A DNA stretch of 63,852 nt, the filler included, from Kipferlia bialata (lineage: Eukaryota): the NCBI GenBank assembly GCA_003568945.1. It is 6 parts of 6 records of this genome, joined end to end, with 100 filler letters (N's around TTAATTAATTAA, not from the genome) between each part and the next. Parts side by side here need not be neighbours in the genome. Positions count along the whole stretch, not along the records: positions 33,219 to 47,161 come from BDIP01000879.1; positions 47,262 to 61,201 come from BDIP01000880.1; 4 more parts are not named here. One strand, given 5' to 3'. Positions within the stretch are counted from its first letter, which is position 1; every line of letters starts with the position of its first letter. Below the pieces are notes generated by a model. It worked only from the letters and a program-made list of their open reading frames with translations, had not been told where the DNA came from and ran no database searches. A program made the position numbers and the translations under genes. Positions 41,309 to 53,995 of this stretch are shown one piece after another.

Positions 41309-43791
41309 TCAGGGTCTCGTCCTTCTTGACCTAAGGTGAGTATATACACACATATATATACTCATACATATACTTGCACAATGTAGCATTCGTAGGTATA
41401 TATAGAGTGGATGATATTTGGGCAGTCAGGGTCTCGTCCTTCTTGACCTAAGGTTAAAGGGTGTAGAGAGAGAGAGAGAGAGAGAGAGAGGAGTGTCACA
41501 ATCCAGGGCTGTTGGCAGTATTCTATAGCACTATCGGTCATAGACTCATCAATGTCCAAGTATATGAAGTACAATTACACCCATACCTCAAGCTCCGTGA
41601 TGGTCTCTCTTCTTCTCTCTCTCTCTCTCTCTCTCCCTCCCCCTCTCAAACATATACTATGCAACGTGTATATATGTGTATATAGTATATCCGTATACTA
41701 TATACTATATTCCATACCTCCAGCTCCGTGATTGTCTGTGTCAGCTTGACCTCCAGCACATCCATCTGGGGTTAGATATGTATACATACACATACATACA
41801 TAAATAAGCAAAGATAGATGTGTATATATGAAGAGAGAGAGAGAGAGAGAGAGAGAGATAGTGTCTGTGTCAGCTTGACCTCCAGCACATCCATCTGGGG
41901 GTGAGATACATACTACAAATATATACATAAATAAGCATACATATACATATGGACATGAGAGAGAGAGCGAGAGAGCAAGAGAGAGAGTGAGAAAGTGTCT
42001 GTGTCAGCTTGACATCAAACACGTCCATCTGGGGGTTAGATATACGCTTAGATAGGGGGTATCTATTGGATGAATATTAACATATAACGGTACTATAGTA
42101 TAGTATAGACTGATATGATTTGATTGTCTATATCTATACATGTATGTTGATTGTCTATATATGTACACACACACACTATAATAGTCTATACCTCCTCTTC
42201 GTGTGTCTCCTCCAGCACCTCAACTTGGTGCTTGTGCTCAGCCTCAAGGGTCACAAGGGTCTCTGCATGTAAACACATGGCATGTGTAAATACACACACA
42301 TACATATAGTGAGCCATTAGTTAGATTCTCTTACCCTTGAACTCTCTCTCCTTCTCCTCGCTGACCTCCACCATCTCAGACACAATGGCCTGGAATAAGG
42401 GTGTAGAGAGAGAGAGAAAATAAGGGTGTAGAGAGGGAGAGACAGACCAGTACGTTCCACATACATATGTATATGTATACTACAACATGTAATACATACC
42501 TAGTGCTCCTGCACCAGTGTATCTCTCTCCCCTCTCCTTATATATACTATATATATACTATATATATGCTCTATATACCTCATGCTCCTGTACTAATGTC
42601 TGCACTTCCTCCTTGTGCTGTGTCTCAAGGGTCTCTCTCTCACTCCCTCAACTTATATGATGGCAGTCTCGTGCTCGATCTCCCTACTGTTAGAGAGAGA
42701 CATAGAGTATAGAGTGTATACTTGGAGAGAGAGATAGATGTGTGTCTCGATGGCAATCTCATCCTCAATCTCCCTAGTACTAGTGGATATACACAAAACT
42801 AGAATACATACATATACATAGTATATACTGAATACAAATAGACGAAAATCCTATTGATATACCTCTCCTCCATCTGCTGTGTGAACTCCTCCTTGACCTG
42901 GGTCAGAGTCTGGATGTGCTCCTCCTGGAATAAGGGTGTAGAGGGAGAGAATAAAGGGTGTAGAGGGAGAGGAAATAGGGTGAAGAAAGTATGAATCTAG
43001 GTCTGGGGGGGGGGGGGGAGATTGAGAGCACCCGCCGCACATAAGGGTGCGGGACTACTCATCCCTACAGCCCCTACCTCTTCTCATGATACTCCTCTCT
43101 CTCTCCCTCTCTCTCAATACATAGTAGTACATACCATCCATATTCTATATATATAGAGATATATACTATACCTTCAGCTCCTCCACCCTCTCCTCATGCT
43201 CCTCCTCTCTCTCTCTCTCAATACATAGTAGAACATACCATCAATAATATACATATACATATATACTCTACCTTTAGCTCTTCCACCCTCTTCTCATGCT
43301 CCTCCTCTCTCTTCTCAAGTGTCTCCTCATACTCGGCCTCTCTACGCTCAGTCTCAAGCTGAAGAATCAATCGGAGAATCAATCGGAGAATCAATCGGAG
43401 AATCAAAATGAATATATATATATATATATATATATACCTCGTGTGCCTCGTTAGTGAGTGTGGTGCAGAGGGTGTTATGACATATACTTATACAAAGGTA
43501 CCTATTCAATTTACAATCGACTCTCCATCTCTATATGTTTCACAATATATGTAAATGTACATATATATACATATACCCATACCTCGTGTGCCTCGTTGAG
43601 TGTGGTGCGCAGGGTGTCGATGGAGGACTCGTGCTGGGCCTAGGGGTGAGCAAGTACATAGTATTACTATACTAATACTGTATATATATTAGCAATAACA
43701 TATTTCTATATATAAATGTATATGAAGAATAATAGATATAAGACAGTAAGGGTGTCGATGGAGGACTCGTGCTGGGCCTAGGGTGAATAGT

Positions 43792-43832
<41 letters not shown>

Positions 43833-43876
43833 GTACCTTCAGCTCCAGCGCATGCTCCTGGTGTGTCCCCTCCATC

Positions 43877-43912
<36 letters not shown>

Positions 43913-43985
43913 ACATACATATCACTATATACATACATATATACTATACCTTTAACTCCAGCACGTGCTCCTGGTGTGTCCCCTC

Positions 43986-44016
<31 letters not shown>

Positions 44017-46349
44017 CCCCTATATATATATGAATTAATCAATCCCTATATATATAACTATATACATATACATATACTATACCTTTAACTCCAGCACATG
44101 CTCCTGGTGTGTCCCCTCCATCCTCTCTCTCTCTCTCTCCCCCTATATATATATATATATATATATATATTACTATATACATACATATATACTATACCTT
44201 TAGCTCCAGCACATGCTCCTGGTGTGTCCCCTCCATCCTCTCCAGCACACGCTGGTGCTTCTTCTAGGGGTAAGATTGATCGTAGAATTGATCGGAGAAT
44301 TGATCGGAAATATCTAATATACTGTATCTAATATACTTGTAGCTATCCTCTCCAGCACACGCTGGTGCTTCTTCTAGGGTGTTAGAGGACAGTACTATAC
44401 ATCATATAATATAGTACACATACTGTATACGCTGGTGCTTCTTCTAATGGATGAGGAGATTGATCAGAAAATTGATCAGAAAATTGATCGGAAATATCTA
44501 ATACTGTGGCTATACTATCCTCTCAAGCACACGCTGGTGCTTCTTCTAACGGGTCAGAGGTTTGATCGGAGCATTGATCGGATAAACAAATCATACTTTA
44601 TCCTCAATGTCAAAGGCAAATGGATACATATATATATATATATATATATATGCTTATCTATCTATACCCATACCTTCTGAGTCTTGAGTGCCTTCTTGTT
44701 CTCCTTGGCCATGGTCTGGGTCTCCTGATATAAGACATACGTATAGTATATATACAGTATATTATATATATATATGTATATATATATTATTACTGTGTCT
44801 ACAAGTATAATCTCTCTTGTTCTATTTGGCCATGGTCTGGGTCTCCTGGCATAAGAACACATATATACTAACACTATTATACTGTAACAATCTATATGTA
44901 CAAATCACTAGAGAGAGAGAAAGATACTTGTTCTCCTTGGCCATAACCTGGGTCTCCTGCGTGTGGAAGGGATATGTCACCAAATACAATTTATCATATA
45001 CACTATATATGCTATACACACACACACTCTCTCTCTTTAACTATATCTCTAATATGAATATAGATAACTACATATATCTCATACCTCCACCAGCGTGTCT
45101 ATGGTTGTCTGATGGGCCACGGTCATGGACTGGATGGTGTCTGGGATTAGATGTACAGTTATATATATATATACATATATAGTATATATATAATCTACAC
45201 TATATATGATTGTGGTCCACGGTCATGGACTGGATGGTGTCTGGGATAGGAGATGTAACCATATACATATATATTAAGCCATATTTAAACAGTACTCATG
45301 GACTGGATGGTGTCTGTTTCAATATACACTCAGCGTCTCTCTCTACTATCATACTTCTCTCCCTCCAGCCCCTTAATACGTACCGTCTCTCTCTGCTATC
45401 ATGCCCTGCTTCTCAAAGATGTCAGTCTCTAGGGCCTTGACCTCCTCCTGATGCACAGACTGACATTAAGGGTGTAGAGGGAGAGAGAGAGAGAGAGAGA
45501 GAGAGATTCTCCTGATGCACAGACTGACAATAAGGGTGTAGAGGGAGAGAGAGAGAGAGAGACATTAAGGGTGTAGACCGAGAGAGAGAGACTGACACTA
45601 AAGGTGAAGAGAGAGAGAGAGAGAGAGATCCTCCTGATGCACAGACTGACATTAAGTGTGTAGAGGGGGAGAGAGAGATTGACATTAAGGGTGTAGACCG
45701 AGAGAGAGAGACTGACACTAAAGGTGTAGAGAGAGAGAGAGAGGGAGACACTACATCAAAACGGAGAGCTTACAACAGGACAATACATGATATGATTCTT
45801 TAGAAATGTGTGGAACGGGTATATTTACCTCTATCTCCTCTATCTCCTCCTTGTGCTCCTGCTTCAGAGTCACCACAGTGGCCTATAGGGTTAGAGACAT
45901 GCAAATACACACTCAAATGAGGCCTTGAAATCCGTATATCAGCAGAATCATATGTAAGTCGATCTCCGCCTTGGCCCCATGTCTATTCTTTACATATGTA
46001 AATGTAATATGCATTGTTTGTACCTGTATCTCCTGTATCTCCTCCTTGTGCTCTGTCTGCAGGGTCTCAACCTCGGCCTGGTGTGAGATATATACATGCG
46101 AATATACATATTTATCCATGGTGCTGTGTCCGTCCAACAATCTCTCTCCCTCTCCCCCTCCCTCTCTATATTTAGTATAGAGGAGTATAGTAGAGTATAT
46201 AGTATGCTACATAGTCTATACCTTGTGCTCTGTCTGCATGGTCTCCACCTCAGCAGTGTGCACAGACTGGTATTAAGGGTGTAGAGGGAGAGAGAGAGAG
46301 AGAGAGTAAGTGAGAGCGAACCCGATTGGCTATAGAAAGGGTGTATAGG

Positions 46350-46382
<33 letters not shown>

Positions 46383-47030
46383 TATCCGTACCACCAGGTC
46401 CTCGCTCTTCCCAGAGTGGTGCTCTCTCTCTCTCTCCCTCTCTGCCTCCATCTCAGAGCGGAGCGTGACAAGAGCAGCCTAAGGGTTAGAGTATATGTAT
46501 TTGTATATGCATATGTATACTATATAGAGATAGAGTAAACACAGTATATATGGTATGTCTCTGCCTCCATCTCAGAACGGAGTGCTTGGAGAGATGCCTG
46601 ACTATTAGTACTCCAATGATCTAATGACACCCTGTATATAGTATATATAGTATATCCATTAGTAATGTAGACAATGTCTCTGCCTCCATCTGTGTCTGGA
46701 GGGCTTGGAGAGATGCCTACAGTGAGTACATTAACTATAAGATGACATCTGGTATAGTACAGCAATATAGACACAATCTAGGAGTATACTACAAATTGAA
46801 TATTGTATACAGTATTATATACATATATGCATACATATATATATATATACCTCACTGTCTGCATTGAGTGCAGCCATGGCAGACTGGTATGGCAGAGTAT
46901 ATGTATACCCCATCCAATGAGTATATATATAAATATGTATATATATGTATAATAGTATATATGTATTTATACCTCATTGTCTGCCTTGAGTGCAGCCATG
47001 GCAGACTGGTGCTCAGAGGAAAGGGCCTAG
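33275..47030 (-). CDS. Very long coiled-coil protein built from His-containing ~11-aa repeats; dozens of micro-exons, partial at both ends
   Basis: Exons such as AEVETLQTEHKEEIQEIQ, AEVVTLKKVHKEEIQHME, LETERREAEYEETLEKREEEHEKRVEELK and DALTEEMERERLREEAEREALLNKMQEAE. All lie on the minus strand with typical splice sites. A 978-bp N gap is internal. Confidence 0.7.
35822..36500 (-). repeat. Array of five acceptor-plus-half-exon echoes upstream of the live ASNLTLSSEVSAMQDMKELFE exon
   Basis: Copies at about 35950, 36077, 36216, 36346 and 36453, separated by (TA)n/(GA)n tracts. Confidence 0.9.
38292..38945 (-). repeat. Array of five acceptor-plus-half-exon echoes of AEVVTLKKVHKE
   Basis: Copies at about 38430, 38549, 38674, 38774 and 38901; the complete exon is at 38292-38345. 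Confidence 0.9.
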
Positions 47031-47105
47031 AGGGTGAGAAGAGAGAGAGAGAGAGAATGCACGATAATAACTTAAGGGCCTGGAGGGTGAGAAACCATGT
47101 ACACA

Positions 47106-47161
<56 letters not shown>

Positions 47162-47349
47162 NNNNNNNNNNNNNNNNNNNNNNNNNNNNNNNNNNNNNNN
47201 NNNNNTTAATTAATTAANNNNNNNNNNNNNNNNNNNNNNNNNNNNNNNNNNNNNNNNNNNNGTAGAATGAACTGAACATATGAACAATGAACAGGCACTT
47301 TTTCTCCGAACTGGAGTCCCTTGACTTACATAGTATTGCTTTCGATATG

Positions 47350-48867
47350 ATACATCAGTCAATAATGCCAGCGACCTAGCAACCCTGAGTAAAGTGGACT
47401 GGGACCCCTTTATCAAGAACGAGTTCAACGACAACGGGACTCAGGAGGAAGACACAGAGTCGGTATGTGACCCATATTAGCATTGTAATACATATGTGCC
47501 CACTACTGTATGGGCATCTTCTGACTGCAGGCCATGTGGGACGCTGAACGTGTCATCTACTCCACTGTGGGACCCATGCCTACCATCCAGTCCACAGCGG
47601 CGCCAACGGATCCATCAGGTAACAATGGTTACTTGACGTCTAACAACGTGGTAGCTCTAACTGTCGATAAGTGTAACTCGACTGACCTCTCATCATCAGT
47701 GTTCTGCCTGAGTCGCACTGTGAACGAAGACGAAGACCTGGCAAGTTACTTCTATGGTGGACTGTGTGAAGCGATGATCGAAGGTATATAGCTACTTCAT
47801 AAGTACTCTTACCTAGAGGTAATGTCTATTGTTGGGTCAACAGTATCGCCTACTTAAAGTAGGCTACTTTGATACATAATCTCACCCCAGGTGACGATCT
47901 GCCTGCCAGTGAGTATACGTCTCAGCAGCCAGACACTCAGCTCTGCGGTACCCAGGAGTTCAATGTCGACAGCCAGATGCTCACACTCAGAGGTAAGTAC
48001 TACGCGATCACATTGAATTTACTGAATGTGTATTTTCTACGCGATAAGTGTTATATACTATGTGTTAACTACGCGATAAGCATAATATATCTAACTCTAG
48101 GTTGGTGCCAGAAATCGTGGCACGACCTCAGCAGTCAGGACGATGAGTACTGTGCCAGCCAGAGAGTGCACTACGCATCACTCATATCAACCATAGACAG
48201 GTGAGGGTTTAAGCATATACTGGAGTATTCTTCTCCTTCTACTAACCTTAGCATCCCCTCCGTCTGCTCCTATTCGAATGCATATATACATGTACTACAC
48301 ATATGTTTGGCAATGAATTCACACTGGAGGGGAGTAACCATCAAAGCTACTCCTTACGCTCTAACCTTAGCATCCCCTCTGTCTGCTCCTCCTCGAATGC
48401 CCCAGGTGGCACCCCTCTCTCAGTCTCCATCCACCACACCATCAGTGAGCAGGCAAGTGCTCCATTGTGGCAACAATACAACTATAAGCTAAAATTGTGT
48501 CTCGTCGTATATGTTCACTGTGAGATGTTGGCGCCTAACTCCAGGTCACCCGGGTCACTTTTGGCAACCATGACCGCATTGACCTGTTCCTCGCAGTCAT
48601 CTCTGTCGCTTCATCAGTCTTCTGTGTCAAGCTGGTGTCAGTGCTAGTCAGCAGGTACCACACTATCACTTATCTATAAATTCGATATATTCTTCTATAT
48701 ATGGTTGATATTGAATCAATACCAAGTACACTCTCACCCCTAGGTTCTTCGACCAGAAGGCAACGACATCGCCTTCCGCAGCCCAGATCCAGCAGCGTAA
48801 GAGATTCAACCAGACATGGAGTGCAAAGACCACCAAGAAGACGGTGTCTGTGGAGGGTAGTCCATAA
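47350..48867 (+). CDS. Hypothetical Cys-containing protein with a C-terminal TM helix; 5' partial
   Basis: In-phase exons ...VDKCNSTDLSSSVFCLSR...QLCGTQEF...GWCQKSW...IDLFLAVISVASSVFCVKLVSVLV...VEGSP*. Includes a GC-AG intron at 48453-48544. Confidence 0.65.
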
Positions 48868-49263
48868 TGAAGAGTACCTTGTTGAGTGACGCTGAGTGTC
48901 TCTGAGGACTCTGTGATACGTAGAATTGAGGACAAATTTGCAATATATATATTCTTGATGAGTCTCACTATACCTTAGAGCCAAGAGGTACTCTGTCACT
49001 CTATGTACATACACAACTTTACGCGTAAAGCTCACTCCATATCTTCCTCCTGATAGTCATCCACTATGGCAACAACAGCATTGTCCTGTGGCTTAGAAGT
49101 ACACTGGAGAAAGCACTACCACCAATCATGATACAATTATCATATCGTCAGGACGTAACTCCACTCTGTTAGCATCTATAAAGTGCTAGATTTCAATATC
49201 TCTTTCTCAACCTTAGGCCGCACGCGACACCGCTACAAACATAAGCCTCCTAGCTTTCGTCTG

Positions 49264-51903
49264 TTACTGCCAACAATCCGTTATACGAACGAATGCCTGG
49301 TAATCCCCCACTAATTTAGAGTCTCTATGAAGTAGGAGAGTAGGATCGGACTGCCATTCTTCAAGAGGAATACCCTCCCCCAAGAGTGTGATGTCACTGG
49401 AACTCATATCGCGTCTGATCAAACCTGATGGTGTGGAAGGAGTAGCCATCCACTTCACCTGAGGTAAACAAATCAATTAAATGAGGAGAATACTGGATGC
49501 CCCGCATACAAGAAGCAATATAAGTATTAACAACAAAGAAAACCCACACCATCTGCATGATCCTTAATGAATTGAAGGAATAAGATCATCACAATATACA
49601 TATACACCCAGGTGTGATAGATACAATAAGTCCATATAAATGCACCTTCTGGAAAGCCCCACACTGTACATACACCGTAAGTATGTGGAAACTGATGAGA
49701 TATATATACATATATATACATATATATACTAGTGCACCTTCTGGGAACCCCCACACCATGTGCACCCCTCCGTATGACGGCATAGTGCAGGGGGAGCACT
49801 GGAAGGCCGGCACAACAGACCCGTGAGTGACACTGCCTGTCGCAAGATACCAATATATACACATACTGATGCCTTACATCATATGTCTCTTATCAATATC
49901 AGACACTCCCTATCTGTGTATACATATACTATAATGCACAGACCTGTATGTGACACTGCCTGAAGAATGAGACATATACGAATTTCACACGTATTGCCAT
50001 ACCCATACCTGATACTGTATCGTATACCACAGTGGGAGTGGAAAATGGGGCACTGACCTCCTCCCCACGCTCCAGCTGCTCATACTCCCTCCTCTTCTCT
50101 CTGTCGCTCTTGAAATACACCATCACCAGTGTCCTACCAACAGCCACTATAGAGTATTGTTCTGGATCCACCTCGTGTCCCTCCCAGTCCACCTCTCTCC
50201 CCTGCCACCCATCAGCAGTCCTGTAGGTGTAGAGGTTACGCCCAACCATGAAGTACGCAGTGTCGTCAATGACAACAGGCAACCAGCCGTACAGAGTAGT
50301 AGGGAAGTGCGTATCAGTCCATGTCTGAGTCTCCTGTGAGTATCTGTGACACATGCCTACTCTCTCACGGTGTCTGGAGTTGTACTCAATTTGAAACAGA
50401 TCCCCCTCAAGAATGAAGAGACGCACTCTCTCACAGTCACCATCGAGTACTCTAGGGTACGGATAGGGACATTCAGGGAGCCGGCCCCACTCTAGAGTGG
50501 CCAGACAGAGAGTAAAGATACGAGGGATGGTCACTCCTCTCTCTCCCGCCGGCGCAGGCTTGCCCAACACGTGATAGCGCTCCTTCATTACGACATAAGC
50601 CATCCCTCCGTGAGCAACCACTGCCTGTCCCTCATAGGGCGTCCACCCATCAGGTACGGGCACTGTCTCTGTCTCAGCGTGTGACCACGTATCCCTCTGG
50701 TTACTCTGCACAGGGTACGTGACTATGGATACTGTGTGGGGCTGGCAGTGGTAGAACATGAGTCTGCCAGGGCCGACAACACCAACATAGACCACGGTCT
50801 TCCCAAATCTACCATACTCGTCGTCAATGTAACTGGTGTTGATATGATATATATATATGTGTACATTCAATACATAGATATGTATTTATGCTAATGCTAG
50901 GCATAATGACTGACCAATTAGCTACTATAATGAATTATGTATATATATGTAGTATACTATCATAGACCGGCCATCGGCATGCTTGACTTGGGAGTGTTCT
51001 TTCTCTATACTCTCACATATATATATGAAAATGGAATACAGTACACAATAGTAAAGCTAGAATAGTAAAGAAGTGATACCGATCCATATATGTTATGCAT
51101 ACCTTATGGTGGCATGTTCATCTGGAAATGCTGCATATAATACATAATGGTATAGATATGTATGTGTGTGTATTTGTATATATGTGTGTATAATACATAC
51201 CTGCCATTGGCTAAGTAGTCTGGCACTGGGACGGGGTATACCCGGCCTACCACTCCTGCATAGTCTGGAGGTTAGAGTATCATACATGTACATGTAAAAT
51301 GTATTAATACATTAATACATATATGTATATAAATACATATTATTATAACACCCTGCATAGTCTGGAGGTTAGAGCATCATACATGTACAATATAAAATTA
51401 CATCTGTACATATATGTAGATGAATATATATTATATATATGAATATATATTATAACACCCCTGCACAGTCTGGATGTTAAGGGCAGTATAGAGCAGTAGA
51501 GTGCATATAAATGTATGTGTTCTATGTATGTATGTATGTGTTTATATATGTTGGTATTGTATGTGTACACATGTATATACATGTATATACCTGTGCGAGA
51601 TGGGCAGTCCTCAGTATAGCAGTAGAGTGCATATATATATATGTGTGTTTTATATAATATATATATGTATATACCTGTGCGAGATGGGCAGTCCTCTCTG
51701 TGTATATAGTCGATGTGCTTGACATGGTCTTTAGGCTTGGACATGAAGGCACCAAGGACTACACCCTATTATTAGATCAGTTAGTAGATACAGGATAGTT
51801 AGAACACATATTAGATATACAAGATAGTGTATCTCTACGCTTGGACATGAAGGCACCCAGGAGTACGCCCTAATAGTCAGATCAGATCTATATATACAAC
51901 ACA

Positions 51904-51947
<44 letters not shown>

Positions 51948-53540
51948 ACATAGTATGGTCTTTACGCTTGGACATGAAGGCACCAAGGACAACACCCTAA
52001 TAATCAGATACGGACGGTTGGGGGGGTGTAGAGAGGGGGGAGAGAAGGGGGGGAGGGGTACCTTCTTGCTCTGTGTGTACTTGACATTGACACAGTGGCA
52101 CATGCAGGAGACAACCTTGTACCTCCCAATGACTGAGGTGTTAGGACTATTAAGTATATACAATATCAACAATATGTACGATATGTATATGGAATCCATT
52201 GCTTGGGCGGTGAGGCTTATGTGCAAAATCCCATATATACTATAATTTCATATAAGTGGACCCAGTGGGAGGTTAGGAGGCAGCAGTGTATGGACGATGT
52301 ATTGTGCTGCCAAAGAAGACATAGCACCCACAGAGAGAGAGAGTACATATACACAAGGAAAAACACATTATAATCATGAATATACATACGTTTCTGTTCC
52401 CATATCATGCCCGTCTCCTGCTCTATTCTCTGCAGTAGAGCTGTCACTGACGAATAAGTCTCCTCCCATAGAAGAGAGGGAAGGCCGTACTGGCGGAGGG
52501 CTTCAGCGGAGACACCACTAACCTAAGGGTCAATGTGTAGTTTTAGAGAGAGAGGGGGGGATTAGAGAAACAGAGAAAGAGTGAGAGAGGTCAGTAGCAA
52601 CATCAATCATGGGTCAAATATATATACATATGTCCAAGTACATACTAATAATGACGCGTAGAGAGAGGGAGTGACGATGTTGAGACTGTCAATGATAGAG
52701 ATGGAGGGGGAGAGAGGGAGAGATGTATACTAACCTTGGACTCCCTCCCCCCATCTCCATCTAGGAGTGTGTCACCCTGGGTCGGTGCACACATCATAGC
52801 CTTGTTAGCGGCACTCATGAGCGCCTTGTGCTCTGCCCTGCTGATCTTGCCATGGGGCTTGACCCGAATCACTAGGGACTTGCCGCGCAACAGACAGTCA
52901 TACATGTAGAGGAAGTATGCTGGGCTGAAGGGGTACCCGTCTTGATTCACAACAATGCACTCGTCACCGAGGGGCTGTCCCTGGGATCAGGAGGGAGTTA
53001 CACACATATATATACCAGATGCAAGTGATAGATACACATACCTTATTGAACTGCCTGACTGCCACCTCCTTGACCAGAGATATACCTTACTCTAAGGCTA
53101 ATAGATGCATCACACTGTGCAAATTGACACGGTGTGTCATATATACATATATACCTTCTTGAATATATACATATATACCTTGTTGAACTGCCTGACTGCC
53201 ACCTCCTTGACCAGAGACATATACATATTACACTATTATACATGTACTATTATAGATGTATACCAGGCCTAGTAGATTGATACCTTGTTGAACTGCCTGA
53301 TTGCCACCTCCTTCACTTCCCGCACCAGTTCAGGGATGGACCGCACATCACCCAGCACCCCATCCCACTTATCCCGCGCCTTGGGGTTGTATCTGGAATC
53401 AGACAGTATACTGATACTGATTCTTATACTCACTATTCGCACAGGATTAGGCCCTATGTGTATGCCTTGGGGTTGTACCTGGTGAAGAGGACCCACCGCA
53501 GGGAGTACTTCAGCCCCCGCAAGGAGACACCGCCCTCCAT
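49264..53540 (-). CDS. Protein with an unknown N-terminal region and a C-terminal Kelch-like beta-propeller; could be two genes
   Basis: ATG at 53540 (MEGGVSLRGLKYSLRW...). A single exon of about 825 bp (~50008-50832) carries degenerate Kelch blades (VVAHGGMAYV, FTLCLATLEW, RYSQETQTW, VVIDDTAYF, VVYDTVSG). Exon phases allow the two parts to join. Confidence 0.6.
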
Positions 53541-53995
53541 TGGGTCTTAGAAGAAGTCACACAGGCTGACACAGACCAGACCTTAAAGGAGTTTTGTGCT
53601 TGAAAGTTTCAACACCTCATAACTAGACTCTCTACCCCAGATTGCCCCGACCAGTGACAATCAGGTCAGATGCTTCAAATACAACAGAGATAGTATATGG
53701 TAACCTATATGGGAAGAGATGGGGTGAGAGAGAGAATTAGAGCAAGAGAACTTGGGTAGGGGATGGTTGAAAGTAGATGTCTAAGTACTGGAGTGTAGCA
53801 CGATAAGGTATACACACTATCAGATCATATAGATTTATTGACTACGGAGGCGGTGTCGCAGGAAGTATATATGTATCCAATCTGAGATATGTGATATCTG
53901 GGGAAGCCTATGCGTAGTCTGTGGTTCACTATCCAATATGGGGTCTAGGCTGTATCCCTCTCGTGAGATAAGACTTCTTCTCTCTCTGCATATGG

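Noticed and set aside
38292..41470. CRISPR-like look of 25-40 bp repeats with variable spacers
   Set aside because: The repeats are exon fragments with splice sites, the spacers are microsatellite intron DNA, the context is eukaryotic and there are no cas genes.
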